Part shown: piece after piece, positions 10,786-20,708 of the stretch | Numbering within the stretch: position 1 is the stretch's first letter | Layout: every line of letters begins with the position of its first letter | Origin: Candidatus Eiseniibacteriota bacterium | GTDB lineage: Bacteria; Eisenbacteria; RBG-16-71-46; CAVPCR01 | Direction of reading: 5' to 3' | Length of the DNA stretch: 64,000 nucleotides | Assembly: GCA_963823555.1 (NCBI GenBank) | Contig: CAWGMA010000003.1 | Coordinates: forward strand, 768,001-832,000 | The notes under the pieces: model-generated | Told to the model about the DNA's origin: nothing | Seen by the model: only the letters and a program-made list of their open reading frames with translations | Databases searched by the model: none | Translations under genes and position numbers: made by a program

Positions 10786-11651
10786 GCCTCGTCCTCCGCC
10801 AGCCGCTTGAGCGCCGCCAGCGCGACCTCGATCGCCAGCTCCTCGTGGGCGCGAATGACCTCGGGCTCGAGCCATGGCCCATCGGGGACGCGGCCGGCAG
10901 TGGCCATGATGCCGCCCCATGGGATCCCCATCTCGTCGCCGATGGGGCCGATCGTCGACAGCTCCATCTCGGTGGCGACACAGCCGAGCGCGCGGAGGAT
11001 CTCGGCGAAGCGGTGATCCTGCTCGGCATAGAGCGAGTCCTTGCTGAAGCAGCCGCCGGTGAGAGCCCGCGTGCCAGGCGCGATGTCCTCGACCGCGGCA
11101 GCGAGAGCGGCCACCACGCGCGGCGTCGAGGGAACGCGCGGCGGCTCAGGTCGGGCACCACTTGCCGCATTCCCTTCCTCCGGCGGGGCGAGGACGCCGC
11201 GGCGTGCCTGCTCGATCGCCGAGGAGAAGCCGGAGGCGAACTCGGCAATGGCGAGCGGGGGCATGGCCTCGCTCGAGTCGTGCACCGTGCCGCAGGTGCC
11301 AACCCGGATCACGGCCCGCGCGCCATGTGGATGGAAGCTCGGATCGAGCACCTCGCGCAGGATGATCTCGGTCGCCGATCCGCCCATCTGGCTCTCGACC
11401 CCGAGCACCGGTAGATCGCGGTACGTGCCGATGACCACATCGACCCGCCCCGCGGCGATTTCACCCAGCCGCCTGCGGGCCCAGGCGCTCAGGTCGAGCG
11501 CCTGGTCGAGGCGACTGAGGATGCGCGCCACGCGGCGCCGATCCCCCGACACGAGCACCCAGGGTGGGGCCCCCGCGGCGAGGATCGGGATCTCCCGTTC
11601 GACCCCGTGAGCGAAGATATGGGAGAGACAGGTGTGGCGTCCAAGGAACAT
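10782..11651 (-). CDS. Nucleoside phosphorylase (uridine phosphorylase/PNP-UDP family)
   Basis: SGDRRRV, QMGG.AT, IRVGTCG, ATEME motifs; stop overlaps the guaD stop in CTAG. Confidence 0.75.
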   Translation of the reverse strand: MFLGRHTCLSHIFAHGVEREIPILAAGAPPWVLVSGDRRRVARILSRLDQALDLSAWARRRLGEIAAGRVDVVIGTYRDLPVLGVESQMGGSATEIILREVLDPSFHPHGARAVIRVGTCGTVHDSSEAMPPLAIAEFASGFSSAIEQARRGVLAPPEEGNAASGARPEPPRVPSTPRVVAALAAAVEDIAPGTRALTGGCFSKDSLYAEQDHRFAEILRALGCVATEMELSTIGPIGDEMGIPWGGIMATAGRVPDGPWLEPEVIRAHEELAIEVALAALKRLAEDEA

Positions 11652-11733
11652 GATGGGCGGCAGCTTACCGCCGTTCCGGTCGAGCGTGCTATGATTTTAC
11701 TTCGCCCATCGGTTCACTCTGTGAGGAGCATCC

Positions 11734-13413
11734 ATGTTCTGCAACACACGCGGCCGCACCCGGACCCGGTCGCCCATGCCGTGGTCCCGTGTCGCCGCCT
11801 GCTGGTCAGGCGCGCTCATCGCACTCGCCGTTCTCCTTGCCGCGCCGGTCGCCCAATCCGCGCTCGTCCTGAACGAGCTCCAGGCATCCAACGCGACCAC
11901 GATCCCTGACGAGGGGGGAGACTTCGAGGACTGGATCGAGGTCCTGAACACCGGCCCCGGCACGGTCGTTCTGACCGGGATGTTCCTCACCGACAACCTC
12001 CTCGTGTCCACCCGCTGGCAGATTCCGGCGCTCACGCTCGCTACCGGGGAGCGCGCTCTCTTCTTCGCCGATGCGGAGATGGCCGAGGGTCCCCTCCATA
12101 CCAACTTCCGCCTGAACGATGGCGGCGAGGAGGTCGGGCTCTTCGACACACTCGCCAACGGCAACGGGCCGATCGACACCATCATCTTCGGCGAGCAGGC
12201 GACCGATCGCTCCTACGGCCGCTTCCCCGATGGCAGCGGAGCCTGGATCTACATGGCGACACCCACACCGCGGGCGGCGAACGTCGATCAGGGAAACATC
12301 CCGCCGCTCGTGACCGCCACCGATCACGAGCCCAACTCGCCGACCCCGGGCCAGCCCGTGGTCGTGACGTCGCGCATCCGCGATCTGGATGGATCTCTCA
12401 ACGAGACCCGCCTCTTCTATGACGCGGGCGGTGGTTTCGTCTCGGTTGCCCTCTTCGATGACGGCCTCCATGGCGACGGCGCGCCCGGAGACCAGATCCA
12501 CGGCGCGCAGATCACCGGCTATCCCGAGGGGACCACGGTCCGCTACTACGTGCGGGCACGCGATGAGGATCTCGAATACACCTTCGATCCGGCCGGGGCG
12601 CCCGCGACGGCGTATTCCTATATCGTCGGCTACGAGCAGCCGCCGCTGTTCGTGAACGAGTTCATGGCCTCCAACACGGCGACGATCCAGGACGAGTGGG
12701 GCGAGTTCGATGACTGGGTCGAGATCTACAACGCCGGTGCGGGACCGATCACCCTGACTGGCATGACCCTGAGCGACGATCTCGCGGTACCCAACAAGTA
12801 CACCTTCCCGGCAACTGTGCTCGGTCCCCGCGACTTCATCCTCGTCTGGTGCGACAACCAGCCGGCCCAGGGTCCCTACCATGCCCCGTTCGCGCTGTCG
12901 GCGGCTGGCGAGCAGATCGGACTCTTCGCTTCGGCCCAGACCGGCTACGCCCCGATCGATACGCTCAGCTTCGGTCCGCAAGGGCCGGATGTGTCCTACG
13001 GACGCGAGCCCGATGGCGGTGCGGTCTGGCGGCTCTACACGCGCGCGACACCGGGGCAGTCGAACCAGATTCCGATCGCGGTCGATGACGCGCCGGCGCC
13101 GACGCCTTCCGGTCTCATCCTGGCAGCACCCGAGCCCAATCCCTTCTCCCGGGAGACGAGGGTGCGCTTCACGCTGCCCGCGGCCTCGGAGGTGACGCTC
13201 GCGCTCCACGATGTGCTCGGCCGGCGCGTGGCCACCATCGAGGCCGGCCGGCTGGCGGCGGGCACGCACGGGATCGCCCTCGGTCCTGCTCTGGAGCGAG
13301 CAGGGGCCGGGATCGTCTCATCGGGTAGCACGGGTCTACCCAGCGGGGTCTATTTCCTCGTGCTCGAAGCCCAGGGCGAGCGTCGCATCCAGAAGATCCA
13401 CGTGGTGCGTTGA
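11734..13413 (+). CDS. Secreted protein with two lamin-tail domains and C-terminal FlgD-Ig/T9SS-like domain
   Basis: Two NE.(Q/M)ASN...DW(I/V)E..N repeats, SYGR.PDG; CTD PNPFSRET...DVLGRRV...SGVYF; GAGGAG RBS. Confidence 0.85.
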   Translation: MFCNTRGRTRTRSPMPWSRVAACWSGALIALAVLLAAPVAQSALVLNELQASNATTIPDEGGDFEDWIEVLNTGPGTVVLTGMFLTDNLLVSTRWQIPALTLATGERALFFADAEMAEGPLHTNFRLNDGGEEVGLFDTLANGNGPIDTIIFGEQATDRSYGRFPDGSGAWIYMATPTPRAANVDQGNIPPLVTATDHEPNSPTPGQPVVVTSRIRDLDGSLNETRLFYDAGGGFVSVALFDDGLHGDGAPGDQIHGAQITGYPEGTTVRYYVRARDEDLEYTFDPAGAPATAYSYIVGYEQPPLFVNEFMASNTATIQDEWGEFDDWVEIYNAGAGPITLTGMTLSDDLAVPNKYTFPATVLGPRDFILVWCDNQPAQGPYHAPFALSAAGEQIGLFASAQTGYAPIDTLSFGPQGPDVSYGREPDGGAVWRLYTRATPGQSNQIPIAVDDAPAPTPSGLILAAPEPNPFSRETRVRFTLPAASEVTLALHDVLGRRVATIEAGRLAAGTHGIALGPALERAGAGIVSSGSTGLPSGVYFLVLEAQGERRIQKIHVVR

Positions 13414-13459
13414 GATCTCGGGGCAAGATCATCCCCGTGGTGCGTGTTAAGGTCCTGCC

Positions 13460-14746
13460 ATGCTCAATGTAGCCCGAGATCCGTTCTCCCTGCCCGGGAT
13501 GTTCCTTGGCGCCGCGCTTGCGGTGGCCATCGCTGCATCCCCTGCGGCCGCGGAGCACGAGACGTTGTCGGAGATCCTCGGCCGCTGGCAACCGTACGTC
13601 GACCAGTACAAGGACGCCCCGCGCGAGGAGCGCGTCACCGAGAGCAAGAAGTTCTTCCTCACCATTCCCTGGGACAACATCGAGTACCTGTGCCTGGCGG
13701 GAAGCCCCGGCGTCGGTCCCGATTCGACCGCAGTGCTGCGCTATCTGATGACCTACCGGCTGGAGGTTGGCCCGCCACCAGTGGCGGCCATGGCTCCCCT
13801 CATTGCGAATCCGGATCATGTGATGGAGTGCCGGGTGCCGCTCATGGGGTGGGTCTTCCAGCACCGCGATGAGCTGAGTCCCGAGGATCGCCGTCTCCTG
13901 GCCGCGGCTCATCTCGCCGCCGCCGAGTTCCCGGGTGAGGAGGCAGTCGTCGACAAGTGCTATGTCGGGGCGGCGGCGCTCGTGGCCAGCGACTCCCTGA
14001 TGGGGGGAATGATGGCCTGGGGGCGCTCGGGCGATGAGCTCCTGGCCGGTCGCGCGGTGCGCATGCTCACTTCATCGGCCGACCCGCGAAGCCCCGATTC
14101 CCTCGCCGCGCTCGCTCAGGTGCTCTTCGATGAGCGTTCGCCCGCGCTCGATGTCGCGCTCGTGCAGTGTCGCGGCCGCTGCCAGGAGGCGGCCTACCCG
14201 GTCTTCATCTCCGCATTCCAGAATCCACGATCCTCCGAGCAGGAGGTGACGGCACTCGAGGCTGCCGCACGCGTGCCGCGAGTGGAGACGGCCCAGGCGA
14301 TTCTCGATCACTATGCCGACGGCGGAGTCATCGCCGACTCTACTTTCACTTCGGCGGGAGAAGCTCGGGTGCACTACTACGGCCTCTGGATCGCGACCCG
14401 CGTCGCCGAGCCCCACCTTCTTTCGTGGCTCAGGGAGGGCAACGAGCGCGCGGCCGATCTCGCCATCGAACTCCTCGATCGTTCCCTCCGCTTCGGGCCG
14501 CCGGACAAGGATCCGGAGGTCGTCGCGGCGCTCGATGCCTTCGCCGAGCGCACCCCTGCCGCCAAGGCCGAGCGCGCCCGCGCCATCCGGGCCCGGGCGC
14601 TGGATCCGCCCCAGTCGCGGAAGCGGCCGGACGGCGCATCCCCACCGGGAGTGCTGCCACCGGGCGCGGCAGCGCCCGAGGGTGCAACCGCTCCGGTGGT
14701 CCCGACTCCCGGCGACTCCGCTGGTACGCCGCGATCTCGCCCCTAG
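13460..14746 (+). CDS. Hypothetical exported alpha-helical protein
   Basis: 428-aa ORF with GC-biased codons, signal-peptide-like N-terminus and Pro-rich C-tail. Confidence 0.65.
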   Translation: MLNVARDPFSLPGMFLGAALAVAIAASPAAAEHETLSEILGRWQPYVDQYKDAPREERVTESKKFFLTIPWDNIEYLCLAGSPGVGPDSTAVLRYLMTYRLEVGPPPVAAMAPLIANPDHVMECRVPLMGWVFQHRDELSPEDRRLLAAAHLAAAEFPGEEAVVDKCYVGAAALVASDSLMGGMMAWGRSGDELLAGRAVRMLTSSADPRSPDSLAALAQVLFDERSPALDVALVQCRGRCQEAAYPVFISAFQNPRSSEQEVTALEAAARVPRVETAQAILDHYADGGVIADSTFTSAGEARVHYYGLWIATRVAEPHLLSWLREGNERAADLAIELLDRSLRFGPPDKDPEVVAALDAFAERTPAAKAERARAIRARALDPPQSRKRPDGASPPGVLPPGAAAPEGATAPVVPTPGDSAGTPRSRP

Positions 14747-14940
14747 GGCGTTCCGCTTCGAATTTCCAGCGTGCTCCCTGGCGGACGGGAAGAACCCGCT
14801 TGAGACACCCAATGGATTGTGCTACGCTATTTTAGCTTGCGAGCGGTCTGCCTCCTTGGCAGCCGGTCGTGACGACCGATCGGTCTCAACCTTTTTCACT
14901 GGAGTGAGCGGTATAGGCACTTGATAAGGAGCATTCATCG

Positions 14941-15834
14941 ATGAATCGCCTCATTGCCTTCCTGGTCCTGGCGGCGCTCGTTTCGAGCACCGCGGCCTTC
15001 GCAACCGACACCTCACGGCTCGGCCTCGGCATTGGCTCGGCCAACAGCACTCCCCCGACGAGTGCTCCGGACGGCCCCGCCGATGTGCTGCTCGCCACGT
15101 CGACCAACGGCGGACAGTTCACCGACCTTTCGCCCTACTACCAGTCGGCCCTGCTCGCCGCTGGCGCCGCGACCGTGACCGTCATCGCCGATCCGACGAG
15201 CGGTCCCTTCCCGTTCCCCACTCCGTTCACCTCGGCGGAGTACGGCACCATCTGCGTCATCACCAATGACAACTGGTTTGGCGTCAATGGGAACGGCGAC
15301 GCTGAAGCGAACGTCTCGCTCCAGGACGAGAACCGGATCGCCGCCTACATGGATACCGGCGGCAACATGATCTTCTCGGGGCAGGACTACCTCTGGGGCC
15401 GGGGCAACGGCAATGGCTTCCCCCAGATCTACCTCGGGATCGCGAGCTACACCGATGACGTCCTGTCGAACGGCAACAACGTCAACTACACCGGCGTGGC
15501 CGGTGGTCCGCTCGCCGGGTACACTGGGGCCGTAACGGCCACGGTCGGCGGCACCCCGTGCTTCACGGCGAACGCCTTCTACACCGACGACATCGTGCCC
15601 TTCTCGGTCGGTCTCATGACCTGGGTCGGCGACGGCATCTTCAACGGCCAGGGTGGGACGACCTGGGATACCGGTCTCTACAAGACCGTGTTCACGACGG
15701 TCGAGCTCGCCTGCACCACCAACACCCAGCAGTTCAACCGTGACATCGCCGCCATCTACACCTACCTCGCGGGCCAGACCACCTCGGTCGAGCCGGCGAC
15801 GTGGGGCGCGGTGAAGGACATGTTCACGCGGTAG
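14941..15834 (+). CDS. Secreted protein with C-terminal VEPATWGAVK tail
   Basis: AAGGAG RBS, signal peptide MNRLIAFLVLAALVSSTAAFA, Asn/Gly/Thr-rich body, C-terminal TWG motif. Confidence 0.85.
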   Translation: MNRLIAFLVLAALVSSTAAFATDTSRLGLGIGSANSTPPTSAPDGPADVLLATSTNGGQFTDLSPYYQSALLAAGAATVTVIADPTSGPFPFPTPFTSAEYGTICVITNDNWFGVNGNGDAEANVSLQDENRIAAYMDTGGNMIFSGQDYLWGRGNGNGFPQIYLGIASYTDDVLSNGNNVNYTGVAGGPLAGYTGAVTATVGGTPCFTANAFYTDDIVPFSVGLMTWVGDGIFNGQGGTTWDTGLYKTVFTTVELACTTNTQQFNRDIAAIYTYLAGQTTSVEPATWGAVKDMFTR

Positions 15835-15939
15835 GACTTCCGGACCGACGAGGGATCAGAGCACAAGCCTGACCCCCTTGTTCGCTCGCGGCGCTGAAGT
15901 GTCCGGCGCCCGAGCGGAGACTCCAGGGACGGAGACCCA

Positions 15940-15976
15940 GAGCCCCGGCGGGAGGACCCCGCCGGGGCTCGTCTTT
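15940..15976. terminator. Hairpin, probable intrinsic terminator between convergent genes
   Basis: GAGCCCCGGCGGG-AGGAC-CCCGCCGGGGCTC (13-bp stem) followed by GTCTTT. Confidence 0.6.
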
Positions 15977-15984
15977 GGGGTGGT

Positions 15985-17031
15985 TCAGGGAGATTCGGGG
16001 CCCGCCGGCCGCGGAGAACCAGGGGCCGCGCCGGGTTCGAGGGGTGGCTGCGGCTCCTCCGCGGGCAGAGGCTCCCGGGCGGGTGAGACCCCCTCGGCGG
16101 GTTGGGCCCCGGGCTCGGGCTCCGGCTCGATCTCCCTCCCGGGCGGCGCCTTGTCCAGGTCGGAGGCATCCACGCCCAGCGACCGGCGCGCTGCTTCGAG
16201 CTGCCCGGAGTCGAGCCAGCCCCGGGCCCGCATCCGGGCGAGGATGATGGCCGCCCGCTCGCGGAGGTAGGGCGAGGGGCGGGCGGGGGTGGAGCGCCGC
16301 GGCGAGGGCAGCGCGGCCGCCAGGAGCGCGGCCTTGGCCGGTGTCAGATTCTTCGCAGAAGTGTTATAATGATAGCGACTTGCGGCTTCAGCTCCGAACA
16401 CACCAGGGCCCCATTCGACGACGTTCAGATAGATCTCGAGGATGCGTTTCTTCTCGAGCGCACCTTCGAGCCGGATGGTGAGGGGAATCTCCCGGATCTT
16501 CCGCAGCAGTGAGCGCCCCGTTCCGAGGTAGAGGTTGCGGGCGAGCTGGGTCGTGATGGTGCTCGCCCCGCGCACCATCCGCCGCTCGCGCCAGCTCCGG
16601 CGGAGTGCGGCCTTGATCTCGAACGTGTCGAATCCCCGATGCTCGTAGAAGGTTGCATCCTCATGAACAACGACGGCATGGATCAGATGAGGGCTCATGG
16701 CTCCGAGACCGACCCGCTGATGGTGGAGAGGCCGCGGCGTGCGGGGGTCCGAGAGACGATCGCGCATGACGCGGGTCTCGCCCGGGAACTCCCGGGCAAG
16801 GGGCCGGATATCGTGGACGATGAGGTAGGAATCGGCGACGAGGACGAGTGGGATGCCGACGAGCACGAGGATCCCGGCCATGATCCACCATGCCGGCGGC
16901 CGGGAGAGCCACCGCCGGGTCCGGCCGCGACCGCTCCTGGTGCCACCCAGGTCGGCATCTCCGGTAACGGCGGAATCGGGGGGCCGGGCACCCGAATCGA
17001 GAGAGCTGGGAGGTCCGTCGTTCTCAGCCAT
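15985..17031 (-). CDS. mtgA: Monofunctional peptidoglycan transglycosylase (GT51)
   Basis: ED..FYEHRGFD, RGASTITTQLARNL, RKIRE, KKRILEIYLN, FGAEAAS motifs. Confidence 0.92.
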   Translation of the reverse strand: MAENDGPPSSLDSGARPPDSAVTGDADLGGTRSGRGRTRRWLSRPPAWWIMAGILVLVGIPLVLVADSYLIVHDIRPLAREFPGETRVMRDRLSDPRTPRPLHHQRVGLGAMSPHLIHAVVVHEDATFYEHRGFDTFEIKAALRRSWRERRMVRGASTITTQLARNLYLGTGRSLLRKIREIPLTIRLEGALEKKRILEIYLNVVEWGPGVFGAEAASRYHYNTSAKNLTPAKAALLAAALPSPRRSTPARPSPYLRERAAIILARMRARGWLDSGQLEAARRSLGVDASDLDKAPPGREIEPEPEPGAQPAEGVSPAREPLPAEEPQPPLEPGAAPGSPRPAGPESP

Positions 17032-17815
17032 GGATCCACTGGAAGATACGCGCCGGAAGCCCGAAGAGCTCGAGCGCCGAGAGCACGAGGGCCACGAGCA
17101 GCACCCAGCGCACGAAGCGGGCGCCCCGCAGCATCGCCAGGTGGCTTCCGATCCAGCCCCCGGCCATCTGGCCCGCGGCGAGGATGAGCCCGGCCATCAG
17201 ATTGACCTGCCCGTGCGCGATGAACACGGGTAGCGCGATCGCCGTGTACGCCAGAACGAGAGTCAGCTTGAGCGCGTTCGCCCGCACGAGATCGTAACCG
17301 GCCAGGGGCACCAGGGCCCCCAGGATCAGGAAGCCGACACCAGCCTGGATGAACCCGCCGTAGAACCCGATGCCGAGAAAGGCGAACTGCAGGAGCAGGC
17401 GCCGCCTTTGCGCGCGCGTCCGCTCCTCGGGCCCCGTGCCCGGCGCAGCGGTGCGACCTTCGGGCATGAACACCGCCGGCAGCGCCAGCAGGATCACCAC
17501 CGCGAGGATCGCGCGCAGGATCGGCGACGGGACCTCCACCGCCACGCGCGCGCCGATGACGGCGCCGAGAAGCGCCGTCGGGAGGAGCGCCAGCGCGTCT
17601 CGCCACGGCATGCGCCCGCGGCCGGCAAAGTTGCCGACGGCGATCACGTTCTGCAAGAGCACGCCCACGCGGTTGGTGCCGTTGGCGACGTTGGCATCGA
17701 GACCGAGGAAGATGAGCGCGGGCAGCGTGAGGAGCGAGCCGCCGCCGGCGAGCGTGTTCACGATTCCGGCGACGAGGCCAGCAAGAATGAGCAGGACGTA
17801 ACCCTCGGTGGGCAT
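17024..17815 (-). CDS. Sulfite exporter TauE/SafE family membrane protein
   Basis: AGIVNTLAGGGSL, ANGTNR, GFYGGFIQAGVG; multiple TM helices. Confidence 0.9.
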   Translation of the reverse strand: MPTEGYVLLILAGLVAGIVNTLAGGGSLLTLPALIFLGLDANVANGTNRVGVLLQNVIAVGNFAGRGRMPWRDALALLPTALLGAVIGARVAVEVPSPILRAILAVVILLALPAVFMPEGRTAAPGTGPEERTRAQRRRLLLQFAFLGIGFYGGFIQAGVGFLILGALVPLAGYDLVRANALKLTLVLAYTAIALPVFIAHGQVNLMAGLILAAGQMAGGWIGSHLAMLRGARFVRWVLLVALVLSALELFGLPARIFQWIHG

Positions 17816-17945
17816 CGGCGGCAGTCTAGCAGAGGCGGCGCTTCACAGCCGTGTGGGCCCGGCGATCACCGGCGAGCTTGACCCCCCGCGTGAGGGCTTG
17901 CAGAATCCCGCCTCCATCGACGTACCCATGGGTCACCGAGGCGAG

Positions 17946-18872
17946 ATGGCGGAAAAGGAACGACAGAGCCCCTTCGGCCCCTACCGCCCGAAGCGTGAGG
18001 AGAGCCCGTTCGGTCCCCGGCCGCAACGCAGGCCGCCGCGCGATCCGTTTGCGCCACGGGGAGAGGAGCCGGCCCCGCCGCCGCCGAGGTCGCGGCCGCG
18101 ACCGCTCGAGCGACCGCTCGACCTCCTCGTCGAGGTGGCCCCGGGGGGCGCTGCCGCCGGTCATCTGCCCCGGCTCCCAGGGCTCTGCTTCCGCGCCGGG
18201 GACGCCGATCAGCTCGTGCGCGTGGCGCCCACCAAGGTGGCTGAGTACCTCCAGTGGCTCGCCGACGAGAACCTCTCGGATCTCACGCCGTTCGCCGCCC
18301 ATCTGACCCGGATCGTCAAGACGGGTGCCGGGGCCGAGATCCCGGTCGCCGAGCGCGAGCGGGTCCCGGGCGCGCCGCTCTGGATCTCGGGCAACCCGGC
18401 CGCTCTCTTTCGCACCGATCGCTACGCCTTGAACGACGAGGAAGTGGCGGCCCACTTCCGCTTCGTCAAGCAGGTGGTGCGGCGGATGCGTCTCATGGTG
18501 GCGGGCCTCACTCCGGGTCAACGCGCCTGGAAGCCCGCTCCCGACCGCCGCTCGCTCGACGAGACCCTCGTTCATGCCGCCGATTGCGTCTGGTGGACCT
18601 GCTCGCGGCTCGACGACGACCTCCCCGAGCCGGAGACGCTCGCCGACGAGGAACCGATCGATCGGCTGGCGCGCCTCAGCGAATTCGCCCCCGACTTTCT
18701 TCTCTCCGTTCCGCTTTCTCACCGCACGGAAATTCACGTACCAACGCGGTTTCTCACCAGCGATCCGACGGAGGCATGGACGCATGCCAAGGCCTGCAGG
18801 CGCCAGGCGGAGCATGTCTGGGAGCATCTGCAGGGGTTGCCACGGGCCGTCCAGATGGCGGCCGAGGCTTGA
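17946..18872 (+). CDS. Hypothetical protein, probable HicB-like N-terminal plus DinB-like C-terminal domain
   Basis: GHLPRLPGLCFRA segment, RSLDETLVHAADCVWW, RRQAEHVWEH (DinB-type His residues). Confidence 0.55.
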   Translation: MAEKERQSPFGPYRPKREESPFGPRPQRRPPRDPFAPRGEEPAPPPPRSRPRPLERPLDLLVEVAPGGAAAGHLPRLPGLCFRAGDADQLVRVAPTKVAEYLQWLADENLSDLTPFAAHLTRIVKTGAGAEIPVAERERVPGAPLWISGNPAALFRTDRYALNDEEVAAHFRFVKQVVRRMRLMVAGLTPGQRAWKPAPDRRSLDETLVHAADCVWWTCSRLDDDLPEPETLADEEPIDRLARLSEFAPDFLLSVPLSHRTEIHVPTRFLTSDPTEAWTHAKACRRQAEHVWEHLQGLPRAVQMAAEA

Positions 18873-18902
18873 CTGGTGCCCGCTAGCGTCAAGGAGGATC
18901 AG

Positions 18903-19295
18903 ATGTCGCTCGTCAAGGAGTTCCGGGACTTCATCGCTCGGGGCAACGTGATCGATCTGGCCGTGGCCGTCGTCATCGGAGGCGCCTTCGGGAAGGTCGT
19001 GAGCGCGATCGTCGATGACCTCGTGATGCCGCTCGTGAGCGCCCTCATCCCTGGAGGTGACTGGCGCGAGTTCACGGTGACGCCGCTCCATTTCAAGATC
19101 GGCCATCTGCTGGGATCGGCCATCGACTTCCTCATCATCGCCTTCGTGATCTGGGTCGTGGTCGTGAAGACCATGGGGTCGCTCAAGAAGGCGGAGGCGC
19201 CGGCCGCTCCGACCACCAAGGAATGTCCCGAGTGTCTGGAGACGGTGCCGATCAAGGCCCGGCGTTGCCGCGCCTGCACGGCGGTGCTCGCCTGA
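18903..19295 (+). CDS. mscL: Large-conductance mechanosensitive channel with C-terminal zinc ribbon
   Basis: KEFRDFIARGNVIDLAVAVVIGGAFGKVV, FLIIAF; tail CPEC...CRAC; AAGGAGG RBS. Confidence 0.95.
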   Translation: MSLVKEFRDFIARGNVIDLAVAVVIGGAFGKVVSAIVDDLVMPLVSALIPGGDWREFTVTPLHFKIGHLLGSAIDFLIIAFVIWVVVVKTMGSLKKAEAPAAPTTKECPECLETVPIKARRCRACTAVLA

Positions 19296-19316
19296 TCGTG
19301 GCGGGGGTGGTGCCTC

Positions 19317-20708
19317 CTAGGCATCCCACAGGCGGCGTCGCTGCCAGCGCCCGGTGCGGAACCAGGCCCAGATCACGATCCCCCGCACCACCGAGGTGAG
19401 CGACAGCACCCAGGCGATTCCGGCAGGTCCGAGGCCGAGGGTCTCGGCGGCGAACCAGCACAGGGGCACGCGCGCCGCGGCGATCGGCAGCTCGACGAGC
19501 ATGGGGGGGAGCGTGTCGCCGGCACCGGCGAAGCCGCCGCTGAACACGATCTCGATCACCATGAAGGCCTGGCAGATGGCGATGATGCGGAGATAGGGAG
19601 CGCCCAGCTCGAGGACGGCCGGGTCGGCGCTGAAGGGGCGGATGAGGAGCCGCGGCACGAGGAGCATCGCCGCGGTGGGGATCAGCGAGATCAGGACCCC
19701 GAGCCACGCGGCGCGGTGCGCCGCCTGGCTCGCGCGCTCGGTCTGGCCGGCGCCGAGGTTCTGCCCGACGAGCGTGGCGGCCGCCGAGCCGAGCGCGTCG
19801 GACATGATGTAATCCATGGATTCCAGGCGGTTGACGATGCCGAGGACGGCGAGCGACGCCGTGCCGAAGCGCGCGGCGAGCCCCGATAGCGCCAGGTAGA
19901 CCGCGGAGAAGAGCGACCCGGTGAGGAAGCGGGGGATCCCGATCTTGATCGTGCGAAGGATCGTCGCCGGGTCGGGGCGAAGGAGCGCTCCGCGTGACAT
20001 GGGGAAGCGCTCGCCGGCGCGGCGGGCGAGCAACACGAAAAGGAGAACGGCGATCGTCCAGGAAAGAACGGTGGCCCACGCGGCTCCGGCGACGCCGTAG
20101 GCGGGGATGGGACCCACGCCGAAGATGAGGACTGGATCGATCACCGCGTTGAAGAGCGTCGAGATCCCGATCACGCGGAGCGGTCGCACCGTATCACCGG
20201 TGGCGCGCCAGATCGATTCGGCCGCCACGAGCAGGAAGAGTGCCGGAGCGCCCCCGAAGACGGTCCCGAGATACGTGGCGCCCAGCTGAGCCACGTCGGC
20301 GGGTACGCCGAGGAGGCCGAAGAGAGGCCCGGTCAGCGGGCGGATCGCGAGCGCGAAGAGGAGCCCGAGGCCGAGCGCGGCAAGCACCCCCTGGGCCGCC
20401 GCATGCGCGGCGCGCTCCCGGCGGCCCTCGCCCAGGGCGCGCGCCACCTGGGCCACGATGCCGATGCCGACAGCTTCGGCGAGCGAGGTCATGGTCCAGG
20501 TGGCGAAGATCGAGGTCACGAGCGCGGCGCTCGCCGCCGCCCCCAGCCGGCCCACCCAGAACAGGTTGATCAAGTGATAGCCGACGTGAACCGCCTCGAG
20601 GGCGAGCACCGGCCCGGCGATGCGTAGGATCGCCGGGAGGAGCGGGCCGCGGAGGAGATCGGATCTCCCCGCGCCGGGTGCGGTCACCGCCGGGTCGGGC
20701 GTGCTCAA
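19317..20708 (-). CDS. MATE family efflux transporter
   Basis: ~12 TM pattern, RATGDT..P, GVAGAAWAT, VGQNLGA, AGAGDT. Confidence 0.92.
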   Translation of the reverse strand: MSTPDPAVTAPGAGRSDLLRGPLLPAILRIAGPVLALEAVHVGYHLINLFWVGRLGAAASAALVTSIFATWTMTSLAEAVGIGIVAQVARALGEGRRERAAHAAAQGVLAALGLGLLFALAIRPLTGPLFGLLGVPADVAQLGATYLGTVFGGAPALFLLVAAESIWRATGDTVRPLRVIGISTLFNAVIDPVLIFGVGPIPAYGVAGAAWATVLSWTIAVLLFVLLARRAGERFPMSRGALLRPDPATILRTIKIGIPRFLTGSLFSAVYLALSGLAARFGTASLAVLGIVNRLESMDYIMSDALGSAAATLVGQNLGAGQTERASQAAHRAAWLGVLISLIPTAAMLLVPRLLIRPFSADPAVLELGAPYLRIIAICQAFMVIEIVFSGGFAGAGDTLPPMLVELPIAAARVPLCWFAAETLGLGPAGIAWVLSLTSVVRGIVIWAWFRTGRWQRRRLWDA

